The notes below the pieces were generated by a model. That model did no database searches and was not told the DNA's origin. It saw only the letters and a list, made by a program, of their open reading frames with translations. Of a stretch of DNA of 64,000 bases, positions 7,720 to 14,799 are shown piece by piece (the first letter of the stretch is position 1; each line of letters begins with the position of its first letter). Origin of the DNA: a virus (lineage: Duplodnaviria > Caudoviricetes); IMG/VR virus record IMGVR_UViG_3300035675_000001; one strand, 5' to 3'. Position numbers and translations under genes: made by a program.

Positions 7720-7796
7720 TGGCACCCCTGCCAGGATTCCCACCTGGATCAGACCGCTTAGAAGACGGTCGCTCTAATACATTGAGCTACAGGGGC
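7720..7796 (-). tRNA. tRNA-Arg(TCT)
   Basis: Loop CT-TCT-AA; T-loop TGGGAAT. Confidence 0.9.
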
Positions 7797-7808
7797 TTAC
7801 AACTAAAA

Positions 7809-7884
7809 TGGCTGCCAAGACTGGGGACGATCCAGTAACCGCCCGGTTAACAGCCGGGTGCTCTACCAGTTGAGCTACTTGGCA
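7809..7884 (-). tRNA. tRNA-Asn(GTT)
   Basis: T1-A72, G73; loop CT-GTT-AA; T-loop ATCGTCC. Confidence 0.9.
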
Positions 7885-7890
7885 ATGAAA

Positions 7891-8106
7891 TCAGGCCGGA
7901 ATCGGCGTCGAGCCAGGGATGAACGGGGCTTTGGTGCCGCCGCCTCCACTGGGGTTGGCCGGATTCGGAATGAGCGTGGACTCGGCAACGTAATCGGCAG
8001 CGGTCCCGCCGCCGCCATCAGCCTTGGCCGAGTTTGGAACGAGGGTCGCGCCTGGAGGCGTCGTATCGCCCGTCCGAACCGGCGCTGGAATGATCGTCAT
8101 GTCCAT
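7891..8106 (-). CDS. Small Pro/Gly-rich protein with internal duplication
   Basis: TLVPNSAKADGGGGT / TLIPNPANPSGGGGT; GTAGTTA 6 nt upstream. Confidence 0.55.
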   Translation of the reverse strand: MDMTIIPAPVRTGDTTPPGATLVPNSAKADGGGGTAADYVAESTLIPNPANPSGGGGTKAPFIPGSTPIPA

Positions 8107-8122
8107 CGCTCTTAACTACAAA

Positions 8123-8199
8123 TGGTCAGCGCGGAGGGCTTCGATCCCTCGGCCTCCTGGCCCCGAACCAGGCGCTCTGCCAAGCTGAGCTACGCGCTG
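8123..8199 (-). tRNA. tRNA-Pro(CGG)
   Basis: C1-G72, A73, G37; T-loop ATCGAAG. Confidence 0.9.
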
Positions 8200-8206
8200 A
8201 TGAAAA

Positions 8207-8282
8207 TGGTCGGGCTGGCCGGGTATGATCCGGCGACCTTCTGGCCCCCAGCCAGACGCGCTGCCAACTGCGCTACAGCCCG
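8207..8282 (-). tRNA. tRNA-Pro(GGG)
   Basis: C1-G72; loop CT-GGG-GG; T-loop ATCATAC. Confidence 0.9.
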
Positions 8283-8286
8283 AAAA

Positions 8287-8361
8287 TGGTCAGGGCGGGG
8301 AGTTTCGCAATCCCGGCCTCCTGGTCCCAAGCCAGGCGCTCTGCTTCTGAGCTACGCCCTG
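8287..8361 (-). tRNA. tRNA-Pro(TGG)
   Basis: C1-G72; loop CT-TGG-GA; T-loop TGCGAAA with a T53.C61 mismatch. Confidence 0.85.
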
Positions 8362-8387
8362 ATCGCCGTGTAGTTACGGTGAAAGTT

Positions 8388-10454
8388 ATGGAAATCACAT
8401 ACGTTCCAGACCCGTCCAAAGCGGATGGCAAACCGGTTGTTGCCGAGGTTGTTGCCCTGGGCACGACTGTTGTTCAATTCGCCACGCCACAACAGGTTTA
8501 CGTGACGGGCGGGACGCTCGCCACGAACGTCCAGTTCACCGGCTCAATTTCGACCGACATCGGCAACGTCAAAATCGAAGACCAGAACGGAAACTACGCC
8601 GAAATGCCAGCGGCGAGTGACGCCAAGACTGGAGCCAACAAAGCCCTACTCGTTCAGCACGTTGACGAAACCGGAACTCCGCTCCGCCAATCGACGCAGG
8701 TCAGCATCATGCAGAACCAGGGGACGCTCGCAACAAGCGCCCTCCAGGCTACCGGAATCGCACTGGCCTCGGTCATCCTGAACAACCAGGGCACCCAGGC
8801 CACAGCAGCTCTCCAGCAAGCAGGCAACGGCGCTCTGAGCGTAATTGTAAACAACCAGGGCACCCAGGCCACGGTCGCAGCTCAGGATAGCCAGACAGCG
8901 ATCCTGGCCGTGATGATGAACAATCAGGGCACGCTGACTCCGGCAACGGACTCGACGACCCTGACGGCGGTCATGAACAACCAGGGGACGCAGGCGACCT
9001 CGGCCAAGCAAGATGCCACGAACAACCTGCTGACGGTCATCATGAACGCGCAGGGGACGCAGGCGACCAGCGAGGTCGCTGAAAGCATTACGTTCTCGGC
9101 CATCCTGAACAACCAAGGAACCCTGGCGACCAGCGCCCAACAGACCGCCGCACAGGCGACGCTGACCACGGTCATGAACAGCCAGGGGACACAGAGCACG
9201 GCGCTGCTCTCGCCCATCCTGAATGCTTTCGGAACTCTCGCTACGGCGGCAGCTCAAGCCAACGGAAATACAGCTCTCCAAAATCTGCTGACGCCCATCC
9301 TGAACGCCCAGGGCACGCAGAGCACTGCCCTGCTGTTGCCCATCCTGAACAACCAGGGAACTCAGGCGACCAGCGCCAACCAGGAGACCCAAATCACGGC
9401 GCTGAACACGCTGATCGACACCCTGCGGTCGGTCGATACGGTTGGGACCAACCTCGAAGTGACGCTGTTCAATGGCGTTTACGCAGTCGGACCCAGTGTG
9501 GCTGCCAACGTCAACGGCTACACCCGGCACACCGTCCAGCACGTCATCATGAACGGCAGCGTGGCCGCGCACATCGAGACCAGCCTTGACGGCACGACCT
9601 GGAATACCGAAGCGGTCGATACGGCTTCAAATCTTCAACGGCTCACGGGAGCCTGCAAATACATCCGCGCCGTTTACATGGGCGGAGCGGGCACGCTCAG
9701 CACCTTCCTGAACTCGGCAGCCGGAAACGGAGGCGGAGCGCCCAACGGCGCAGGCCAAGCCGAGCTTTGCATCGTCGGCACCGTTGCCAGCACCCTGGGG
9801 TCAGCCGTGGCTTTCGAGACGGGAGGGGCCAACAGCTTAGGCTTCCACTACGAGCCGCCTGCCGGTTCGACTTCGATTTTTGAAGGTTCGTGGGACGGCA
9901 GCCATTGGGTTGACATAACGCTGCGCCAAATGGGAGCGCACGGCTACACAAGCATCACCGATGACACCCACCAGGATTGGGTCGGTTCATGCGCGACATG
10001 GCGCTATTTTCGCCTGCGAATCACCCAGGGCGGCACAGGTGTTGGAGTTATCAGAGGCAGGTTCAGCTATGCTCCCAGCACGATTGAAGGCGTCGAAAAC
10101 CAGGCGATGCCCCACCGCATCGGCGCATCATCGCAATCAAAGAGCTTTTCCTTTACTGGCGTCACAAGCAACGGGACCATTTGGGCACCCACTACATCTT
10201 ACCACCGGCTCTACATCACGGACTTGTTCTTCACGGTCGATGCTACGACTACTGTCATCTTCTCCGATGGCAGCAACGCAGAAGGCAAACTCGTCTTCAA
10301 GGGCAAATTCAAACCCGCGTCTGGCGAAAGCTCCTATGTCCCGGCTGCTTTTTCACTCCCGCACGTATTCACCGGACCCAACCGGGCGCTGATGTTCACG
10401 CAAAGCGGAGGCGCAGAAGTTGACGGCGTGGTTCACGGCTACGAAGCAGAATAA
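8388..10454 (+). CDS. Repeat-rich fibre-like (probable virion) protein
   Basis: Many (N/S/A)QGT(Q/L)AT repeats followed by beta-rich C-terminal domains; start moved out of tRNA-Pro (in-frame GTG at 8379 also possible). Confidence 0.7.
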   Translation: MEITYVPDPSKADGKPVVAEVVALGTTVVQFATPQQVYVTGGTLATNVQFTGSISTDIGNVKIEDQNGNYAEMPAASDAKTGANKALLVQHVDETGTPLRQSTQVSIMQNQGTLATSALQATGIALASVILNNQGTQATAALQQAGNGALSVIVNNQGTQATVAAQDSQTAILAVMMNNQGTLTPATDSTTLTAVMNNQGTQATSAKQDATNNLLTVIMNAQGTQATSEVAESITFSAILNNQGTLATSAQQTAAQATLTTVMNSQGTQSTALLSPILNAFGTLATAAAQANGNTALQNLLTPILNAQGTQSTALLLPILNNQGTQATSANQETQITALNTLIDTLRSVDTVGTNLEVTLFNGVYAVGPSVAANVNGYTRHTVQHVIMNGSVAAHIETSLDGTTWNTEAVDTASNLQRLTGACKYIRAVYMGGAGTLSTFLNSAAGNGGGAPNGAGQAELCIVGTVASTLGSAVAFETGGANSLGFHYEPPAGSTSIFEGSWDGSHWVDITLRQMGAHGYTSITDDTHQDWVGSCATWRYFRLRITQGGTGVGVIRGRFSYAPSTIEGVENQAMPHRIGASSQSKSFSFTGVTSNGTIWAPTTSYHRLYITDLFFTVDATTTVIFSDGSNAEGKLVFKGKFKPASGESSYVPAAFSLPHVFTGPNRALMFTQSGGAEVDGVVHGYEAE

Positions 10455-10458
10455 TTTT

Positions 10459-12417
10459 ATGAGCCTACTCGACATCAATCAGACTCAGGTCGCAGCAGTC
10501 ATGGCCCCGGTTATCAATAACCAGGGGACACAGGCGACGGAGCAGACGCTCATCACCGTCATGAACAGTCAGGGCACGCAGGCAACTGCTGCCCTCCAGG
10601 CCAACAGCAACGCTCTCCTGACCACCATCATGAACAACCAGGGGACGCTCGCCGATTACGACGACGCGACTCTCCAGGCGGTCATGAACAACCAGGGGAC
10701 GTTGGCCACGAGCAGCAAACAGGACGCTCAAACTGCCATCCTGGGTGCGATGCTGAACAACCAGGGAACACTGACTCCTGTAACTGGTGGAGCCACAGAA
10801 ATCACTTTGGTCCGACTTGCTAATGACCAAGGCACGTTGGCCACGAGTGCGAATCAAGCCGCGAGCAATGCCTTGTTAACGGTCGTAATGAATGACCAGG
10901 GCACATTGGCGACCAGCTCCTATCAGGCGGTCCAGCTCGAACTCCTGGGCTTGATTCTGAACAGCCAGGGAACTCAAAACACGTCCAGCCTGGCGACCAG
11001 CGCCAACCAGGCGCAGGCCAACAGCTCCCTCACAGTCATTCAGAACAACCAAGGAACGCAGGCCACGGCATCGAACCAAAGCACTGAAATCAGCCTGCTC
11101 AGCCTGATCCTGAACGCCCAGGGGACTCAAGGCGAAGGGCTGAACGCACTCTCACAACAGCAAGCGGACACGGTAACGACTTACGGACCAACCGGAACTC
11201 TAGCCTCAGCGCGAGTGGCCACGCTGATGACGACTGATCCGAACTCGGTAAGCGTTGACGCATTTGGTCGGCTGCGCGTCAGCAACGCGGACTACCGGTT
11301 TGACGGCCAGCTTGTTTACCAGGTCAACGCTGACCTATGGGACTCCGCCTGGAACAGCACTGGCACGGTGACCTATGACCGCAAGAACCGAATGGCTCAG
11401 CTCACTTGCGCGGCTAACGGCACCAGCGTCATGCAGAGCCACTATCACGTCCCCTACACGCCCGGACGCGGCCAGCTCGCTTTCGTCACGTTTGCCGGAA
11501 CGGCTGCGCCAGCCGAAAACACCTACCACCGGGTAGGCTACTTCGACGAGACAAACGGTATTTTCCTGGAGCGCACCAGCGCGGGAGCAAGCTTGACACT
11601 CAAAAGCTCAACCGATGCGGGGTCCGAGACAGTTTTACAGGCAAACTGGAACATCGACAAGATGGACGGCACCGGCCCCAGCGGGTTAACGCTCGACCTG
11701 ACCAAATCTCAAATCCTGTTTATCCAGCTCCAGGCGCTCTACATCGGTCGTGTAATCGTCGGCTTCGACATCGACGGCGTTGCCTGGCCGGTCCATCAGT
11801 TCACGCACGCCAACAAGTTCGTCAAGCCCTACATTGGCAACGCGAGCTTGCCGGTGCGCTACGAAGTGGGTTCAACGGGCGTCAATACCGCCCAGCTTAA
11901 TCCCGTCTGCGCCTCCGTCATCAGCGAAGGCGGCGGGCCGCTGATCGACATTCCGGCCCGCACATTCACCGCAGGCAACGGTGCAACACCCATCAGCGTA
12001 AACGCCCGGAGACCCGTGCTTTCAATCAGGCCCAAAGCGCAGTTTAACCAAAACCAGAACGAAGGCATTGTTCTGCCGTCTGACCTGTCGATCCGAAATT
12101 CGACTGCGGACATCTACGTTGAAGTCATCCGCAACGCCGTGCTCACGGGAGCATCCTGGACAAGCGTGGATGCGGTCAACAGCGTTTGTGAATATGATGT
12201 CGCGGCAACTGCCGTCAGCGGAGGCCAAACGGTTTTCTCAGGCTACAGCAACGTCTCGTCAGGGCTATCAACAAGCATCAAGGACAACCTGCTCAGCCGC
12301 CTGACCATCGTCTATTCAGAACTTCTTCAAACAGCGGACACGCTCACCATCGTCTGCACATCTCTCGGCGGTGCTGCTTCAACTGTCGCCGCGCTTAACT
12401 GGAAAGAAATTCGTTGA
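10459..12417 (+). CDS. Repeat-rich fibre-like protein, paralog of the upstream gene in its N-terminal half
   Basis: NNQGT(Q/L)AT repeats, then VSVDAFGRLRVS and a beta-rich C-terminal domain of a kind seen in phage virion proteins. Confidence 0.7.
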   Translation: MSLLDINQTQVAAVMAPVINNQGTQATEQTLITVMNSQGTQATAALQANSNALLTTIMNNQGTLADYDDATLQAVMNNQGTLATSSKQDAQTAILGAMLNNQGTLTPVTGGATEITLVRLANDQGTLATSANQAASNALLTVVMNDQGTLATSSYQAVQLELLGLILNSQGTQNTSSLATSANQAQANSSLTVIQNNQGTQATASNQSTEISLLSLILNAQGTQGEGLNALSQQQADTVTTYGPTGTLASARVATLMTTDPNSVSVDAFGRLRVSNADYRFDGQLVYQVNADLWDSAWNSTGTVTYDRKNRMAQLTCAANGTSVMQSHYHVPYTPGRGQLAFVTFAGTAAPAENTYHRVGYFDETNGIFLERTSAGASLTLKSSTDAGSETVLQANWNIDKMDGTGPSGLTLDLTKSQILFIQLQALYIGRVIVGFDIDGVAWPVHQFTHANKFVKPYIGNASLPVRYEVGSTGVNTAQLNPVCASVISEGGGPLIDIPARTFTAGNGATPISVNARRPVLSIRPKAQFNQNQNEGIVLPSDLSIRNSTADIYVEVIRNAVLTGASWTSVDAVNSVCEYDVAATAVSGGQTVFSGYSNVSSGLSTSIKDNLLSRLTIVYSELLQTADTLTIVCTSLGGAASTVAALNWKEIR

Positions 12418-12502
12418 CGTAAGCCAGTCACGCCGGTCGCTGGCATAACCAACGACCGGCATGGCAGGGGCGTGTTGCTGCTCTGCTTCATCAGCAGGAC
12501 AA

Positions 12503-12579
12503 TGGCGGGCACGACCGGACTCGCACCGGCTGACTTCGCCGTGACAGGGCGCTGATTCGACTCCTTCATCTCCGTGCCC
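12503..12579 (-). tRNA. tRNA-Asp(GTC)
   Basis: G73; loop CT-GTC-AC; T-loop TGCGAGT; G8. Confidence 0.9.
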
Positions 12580-12585
12580 GTAAAA

Positions 12586-12673
12586 TGGTGGGAGGCGCTG
12601 GTTACGCTCCAGCCGCCACTACCCGTGATGTTGAAGGCACCGGTTTTACAGACCGGCCACGGGACCGCCTCCC
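12586..12673 (-). tRNA. tRNA-Tyr(GTA)-like RNA lacking a D arm
   Basis: Acceptor GGGAGGC/GCCTCCC, A-CCA; CCGGT-CTGTAAA-ACCGG; only 10 nt between acceptor and anticodon stems; T-loop AGCGTAA. Confidence 0.75.
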
Positions 12674-12675
12674 AT

Positions 12676-12764
12676 TTACCCAGGTCCAAACCACTGTGGC
12701 TCTGACCCCGTTACTTCCGCTGTGGCGCGTAGGGGCCTTCCTCCACTCTTTCTGGACTGGGCAA
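12676..12764 (-). ncRNA. Candidate rod-like structured RNA
   Basis: TTGCCCAG/CTGGGTAA, TCCAGA/TTTGGA, GTGG/CCAC, GGCCCC/GGGGTC nested stems. Confidence 0.5.
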
Positions 12765-12775
12765 GTAGCTAAAGC

Positions 12776-13297
12776 ATGAAATTGATACCGGTTCTCATGG
12801 CGTGTTTGGTTCTTTCAGGCTGTATGATCGTCAACGTGAAAGAACGGGGCTTTCCGCCCGAACACCAAATTGTAAACTTTGATCGGGTGACCAGCGACCT
12901 CTACCGGGGCGCTCAACCGACCATCGCCAGCCTCGATTACCTCAAGTCGTTGGGGATCAAAAGCGTCGTCTGCCTGCGAGAACCTTCTGACATTCTGCCG
13001 GGCGAACCAATATCGGTCTCGGCGCTCGGCCTGCGCTTCGAGAACCTGCCGATGGACGGCGTGACGGCTCCCAGCGAAGCGGACATAGACAAGATGCTGG
13101 ACGTGATCGACGCGCTGCCCAAGCCGGTCTTCATCCACTGCCAGTTCGGCTGCGACCGCACCGGGACCGTGATCGCCTGCTGGCGCATCAAGCATGGCTG
13201 GGACAACGACGCAGCCTACCGGGAAGCCAAGCAATACGGCATCTCGCCGCTGCTCCCGGCGCTTCATCATCTCATCAAGACCTACAAGAAAAAGTAA
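12776..13297 (+). CDS. Cys-based protein tyrosine/dual-specificity phosphatase, lipoprotein
   Basis: HCQFGCDRTG (CX5R), LYRGAQP; lipobox LVLSGC. Confidence 0.85.
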   Translation: MKLIPVLMACLVLSGCMIVNVKERGFPPEHQIVNFDRVTSDLYRGAQPTIASLDYLKSLGIKSVVCLREPSDILPGEPISVSALGLRFENLPMDGVTAPSEADIDKMLDVIDALPKPVFIHCQFGCDRTGTVIACWRIKHGWDNDAAYREAKQYGISPLLPALHHLIKTYKKK

Positions 13298-13385
13298 CGG
13301 GCAAGGGTTGGCGTCGGAGATGCCTGGTTGCCCAGGCGGTTTCCATACCAATGATAGAAGATAACCGACATCCATTCGGCCCGTT
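13296..13385 (-). ncRNA. Y RNA-like RNA (Ro60-binding stem)
   Basis: AACGGGCCGA...GTCGGTTATCT...CCGAC...CCTTGCCCGTT; inner hairpins TTCTAT/ATGGAA and GCCTGG-GCAA-CCAGGC. Confidence 0.75.
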
Positions 13386-13387
13386 GA

Positions 13388-13490
13388 ATCACCACCGGTA
13401 TTGCAACCCGCACCGCACATCAGCACTTCTTCGGCCTCGACGGCTGTGCTTTCGCTGGTCATGGGAGTCGAACCCATTGTTCACGGTGAT
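13388..13490 (-). ncRNA. tRNA-mimic RNA with a 5'-proximal canonical T arm (YrlA-like order)
   Basis: ATCACC/GGTGAT closing stem; ATGGG-TTCGACT-CCCAT; further hairpins; no anticodon arm or CCA end. Confidence 0.6.
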
Positions 13491-13498
13491 GAAAATTA

Positions 13499-13571
13499 TG
13501 GCACGGAGTGTGGGTGCTGCCCCCACCAGGACTGGTTTTGGAGACCGGTCTGCACGGCTGGTGCCCTCCGT
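13499..13571 (-). tRNA. tRNA-Trp(CCA), atypical compact fold
   Basis: G73-CCA; loop CT-CCA-AA; D arm GCAC-CAGCC-GTGC; extended anticodon stem; T-loop GGCAGCA. Confidence 0.8.
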
Positions 13572-13572
13572 A

Positions 13573-13666
13573 TTCAGCACCCCCTTTTACGCTGACGGTC
13601 AGAGTCGCGTTCACAGGCTCGCACGACCGGCCTGCTGCCGTCCCACGGATAAGCCAAGGTGCCGAA
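13573..13666 (-). ncRNA. Candidate pseudoknotted RNA
   Basis: TTCGGCACC/GGTGCTGAA; GACGG/CCGTC; CAGGC/GCCTG whose loop GGTCGTG can pair with downstream CGCGACT. Confidence 0.5.
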
Positions 13667-13668
13667 AT

Positions 13669-13744
13669 TGGTGGAAGCGCCGGGACTCGCACCCGGAACA
13701 TCGACGATGCCATCGTCGCGCTCTACTGATTGAGCTACGCCCCC
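13669..13744 (-). tRNA. tRNA-Ala(GGC)
   Basis: G3.T70, A32-T38; T-loop TGCGAGT. Confidence 0.9.
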
Positions 13745-13751
13745 GAAAGAG

Positions 13752-13843
13752 CCGGGCCGAGTTTGCTTCGAGGTTGCAACCCCGTTGCCTTATCGTGCGG
13801 GATGTGCGCCCGCCCTCCGTTCATGAGACGGAGTGCTCCCCGG
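13752..13843 (-). ncRNA. Permuted tRNA-like RNA with a CAT anticodon-like arm
   Basis: CCGGG/CCCGG closure; CTCCGT-CTCATGA-ACGGAG; GCGGG-CGCACAT-CCCGC; no CCA end. Confidence 0.5.
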
Positions 13844-13854
13844 ATACCGACGTT

Positions 13855-13928
13855 TGGTGGAATCGGAGGGAGTCCCACCCTCATCTCCCGCGTGCGAGGC
13901 GGGCGCTCTAGTGCTGAGCTACGACCCC
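13855..13928 (-). tRNA. tRNA-Ala(CGC)
   Basis: G3.T70; loop CT-CGC-AC; T-loop TGGGACT. Confidence 0.9.
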
Positions 13929-13933
13929 AAAAA

Positions 13934-14797
13934 ATGAAACCGCGCTGCGTCTCGATCTTTCCGACCAACCACTGCAACGCGCACTGCTACTACTGCGCCT
14001 ACCAGACCAGTTACGCCTTCGCGGATGCGACCACGATGTGCCGCAAGACGGACCAGCTCTCACGCGAGCTGCTGGCCAAGGCGCTGGACGAGGCGAAAAT
14101 CTGCAACAACATCGAAATCTCTGGCGGCGGCGAACCCCTTTGCCATCCCGACTTCGCCTGGTTTGCCAGGGAGGTCGTGGCCCGTGGGATCGGGGCCAAG
14201 CTCATTACCAACGGCGTGCTGCTCACCGGCGAGCTGCTGGAAGTCTCCGCCCAGCTCAGCTACGTGGAGTTCTCGATCAATTACTACGACCACCTGAGCT
14301 TCGAGGCCAACCGCAGTATGCCTCGTGGCTGGTTTGAAACCGTGACGGCCAACGTCAGAAATCTGATGAGCAGCCCGCACTCCTGCGTGATCGGGGCCAA
14401 GGTCGTGCTCACAGGCCGGAACTACCAGACGCTCCCGCAGATCAAGCAATACCTGGGGTCGCTGGGAATCCATCGCCTGGTCGTGACGCCCAGCTACAGC
14501 CGAGACGCGAGCGACGTGCCCCCGCCTGCGGTGTTTGGGATGGACCGGATCGCGCACGTCAAACCGAAGTGCGCTTACTGCCAGCGCCGAATCGACCATC
14601 CGGTCATCGGAGCTGACGGGAAATACTACGCCTGCTGCTACTTCACCTACATGCCGTCCATGCAGATCGGCGACCTGGCCACGCAGAGCTTGTCAAACGT
14701 GTTAGACAACGGACCCGTGTTCGACCAGGGCCTCTGCTGCCGGGTCGAGCAGGTGATCGCCGACTACCGGCGCGGGGTCGTCACTGCGTTTCCGTAA
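13934..14797 (+). CDS. Radical SAM protein with C-terminal Cys-rich (twitch/SPASM-like) region
   Basis: CNAHCYYC, SGGGEPL, TNG, YACCY; start moved out of tRNA-Ala. Confidence 0.85.
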   Translation: MKPRCVSIFPTNHCNAHCYYCAYQTSYAFADATTMCRKTDQLSRELLAKALDEAKICNNIEISGGGEPLCHPDFAWFAREVVARGIGAKLITNGVLLTGELLEVSAQLSYVEFSINYYDHLSFEANRSMPRGWFETVTANVRNLMSSPHSCVIGAKVVLTGRNYQTLPQIKQYLGSLGIHRLVVTPSYSRDASDVPPPAVFGMDRIAHVKPKCAYCQRRIDHPVIGADGKYYACCYFTYMPSMQIGDLATQSLSNVLDNGPVFDQGLCCRVEQVIADYRRGVVTAFP

Positions 14798-14799
14798 AA

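Noticed and set aside
8388-12417. CRISPR array or DGR in the AACAACCAGGG repeats
   Set aside because: Repeats are in-frame, vary at synonymous sites and have irregular spacing; no cas or reverse transcriptase gene.
12431-12470. Long GC-rich hairpin GCCGGTCG...CGACCGGC containing GGTTAT
   Set aside because: Lacks the GGGCCGA/CTTGCC Ro helix; most simply a terminator between convergent transcripts.
12481-12500. CTGATGA on the minus strand suggesting a hammerhead ribozyme
   Set aside because: No correctly placed GAAA or stem II; CTGCT-GATGA-AGCAG is a simple hairpin.
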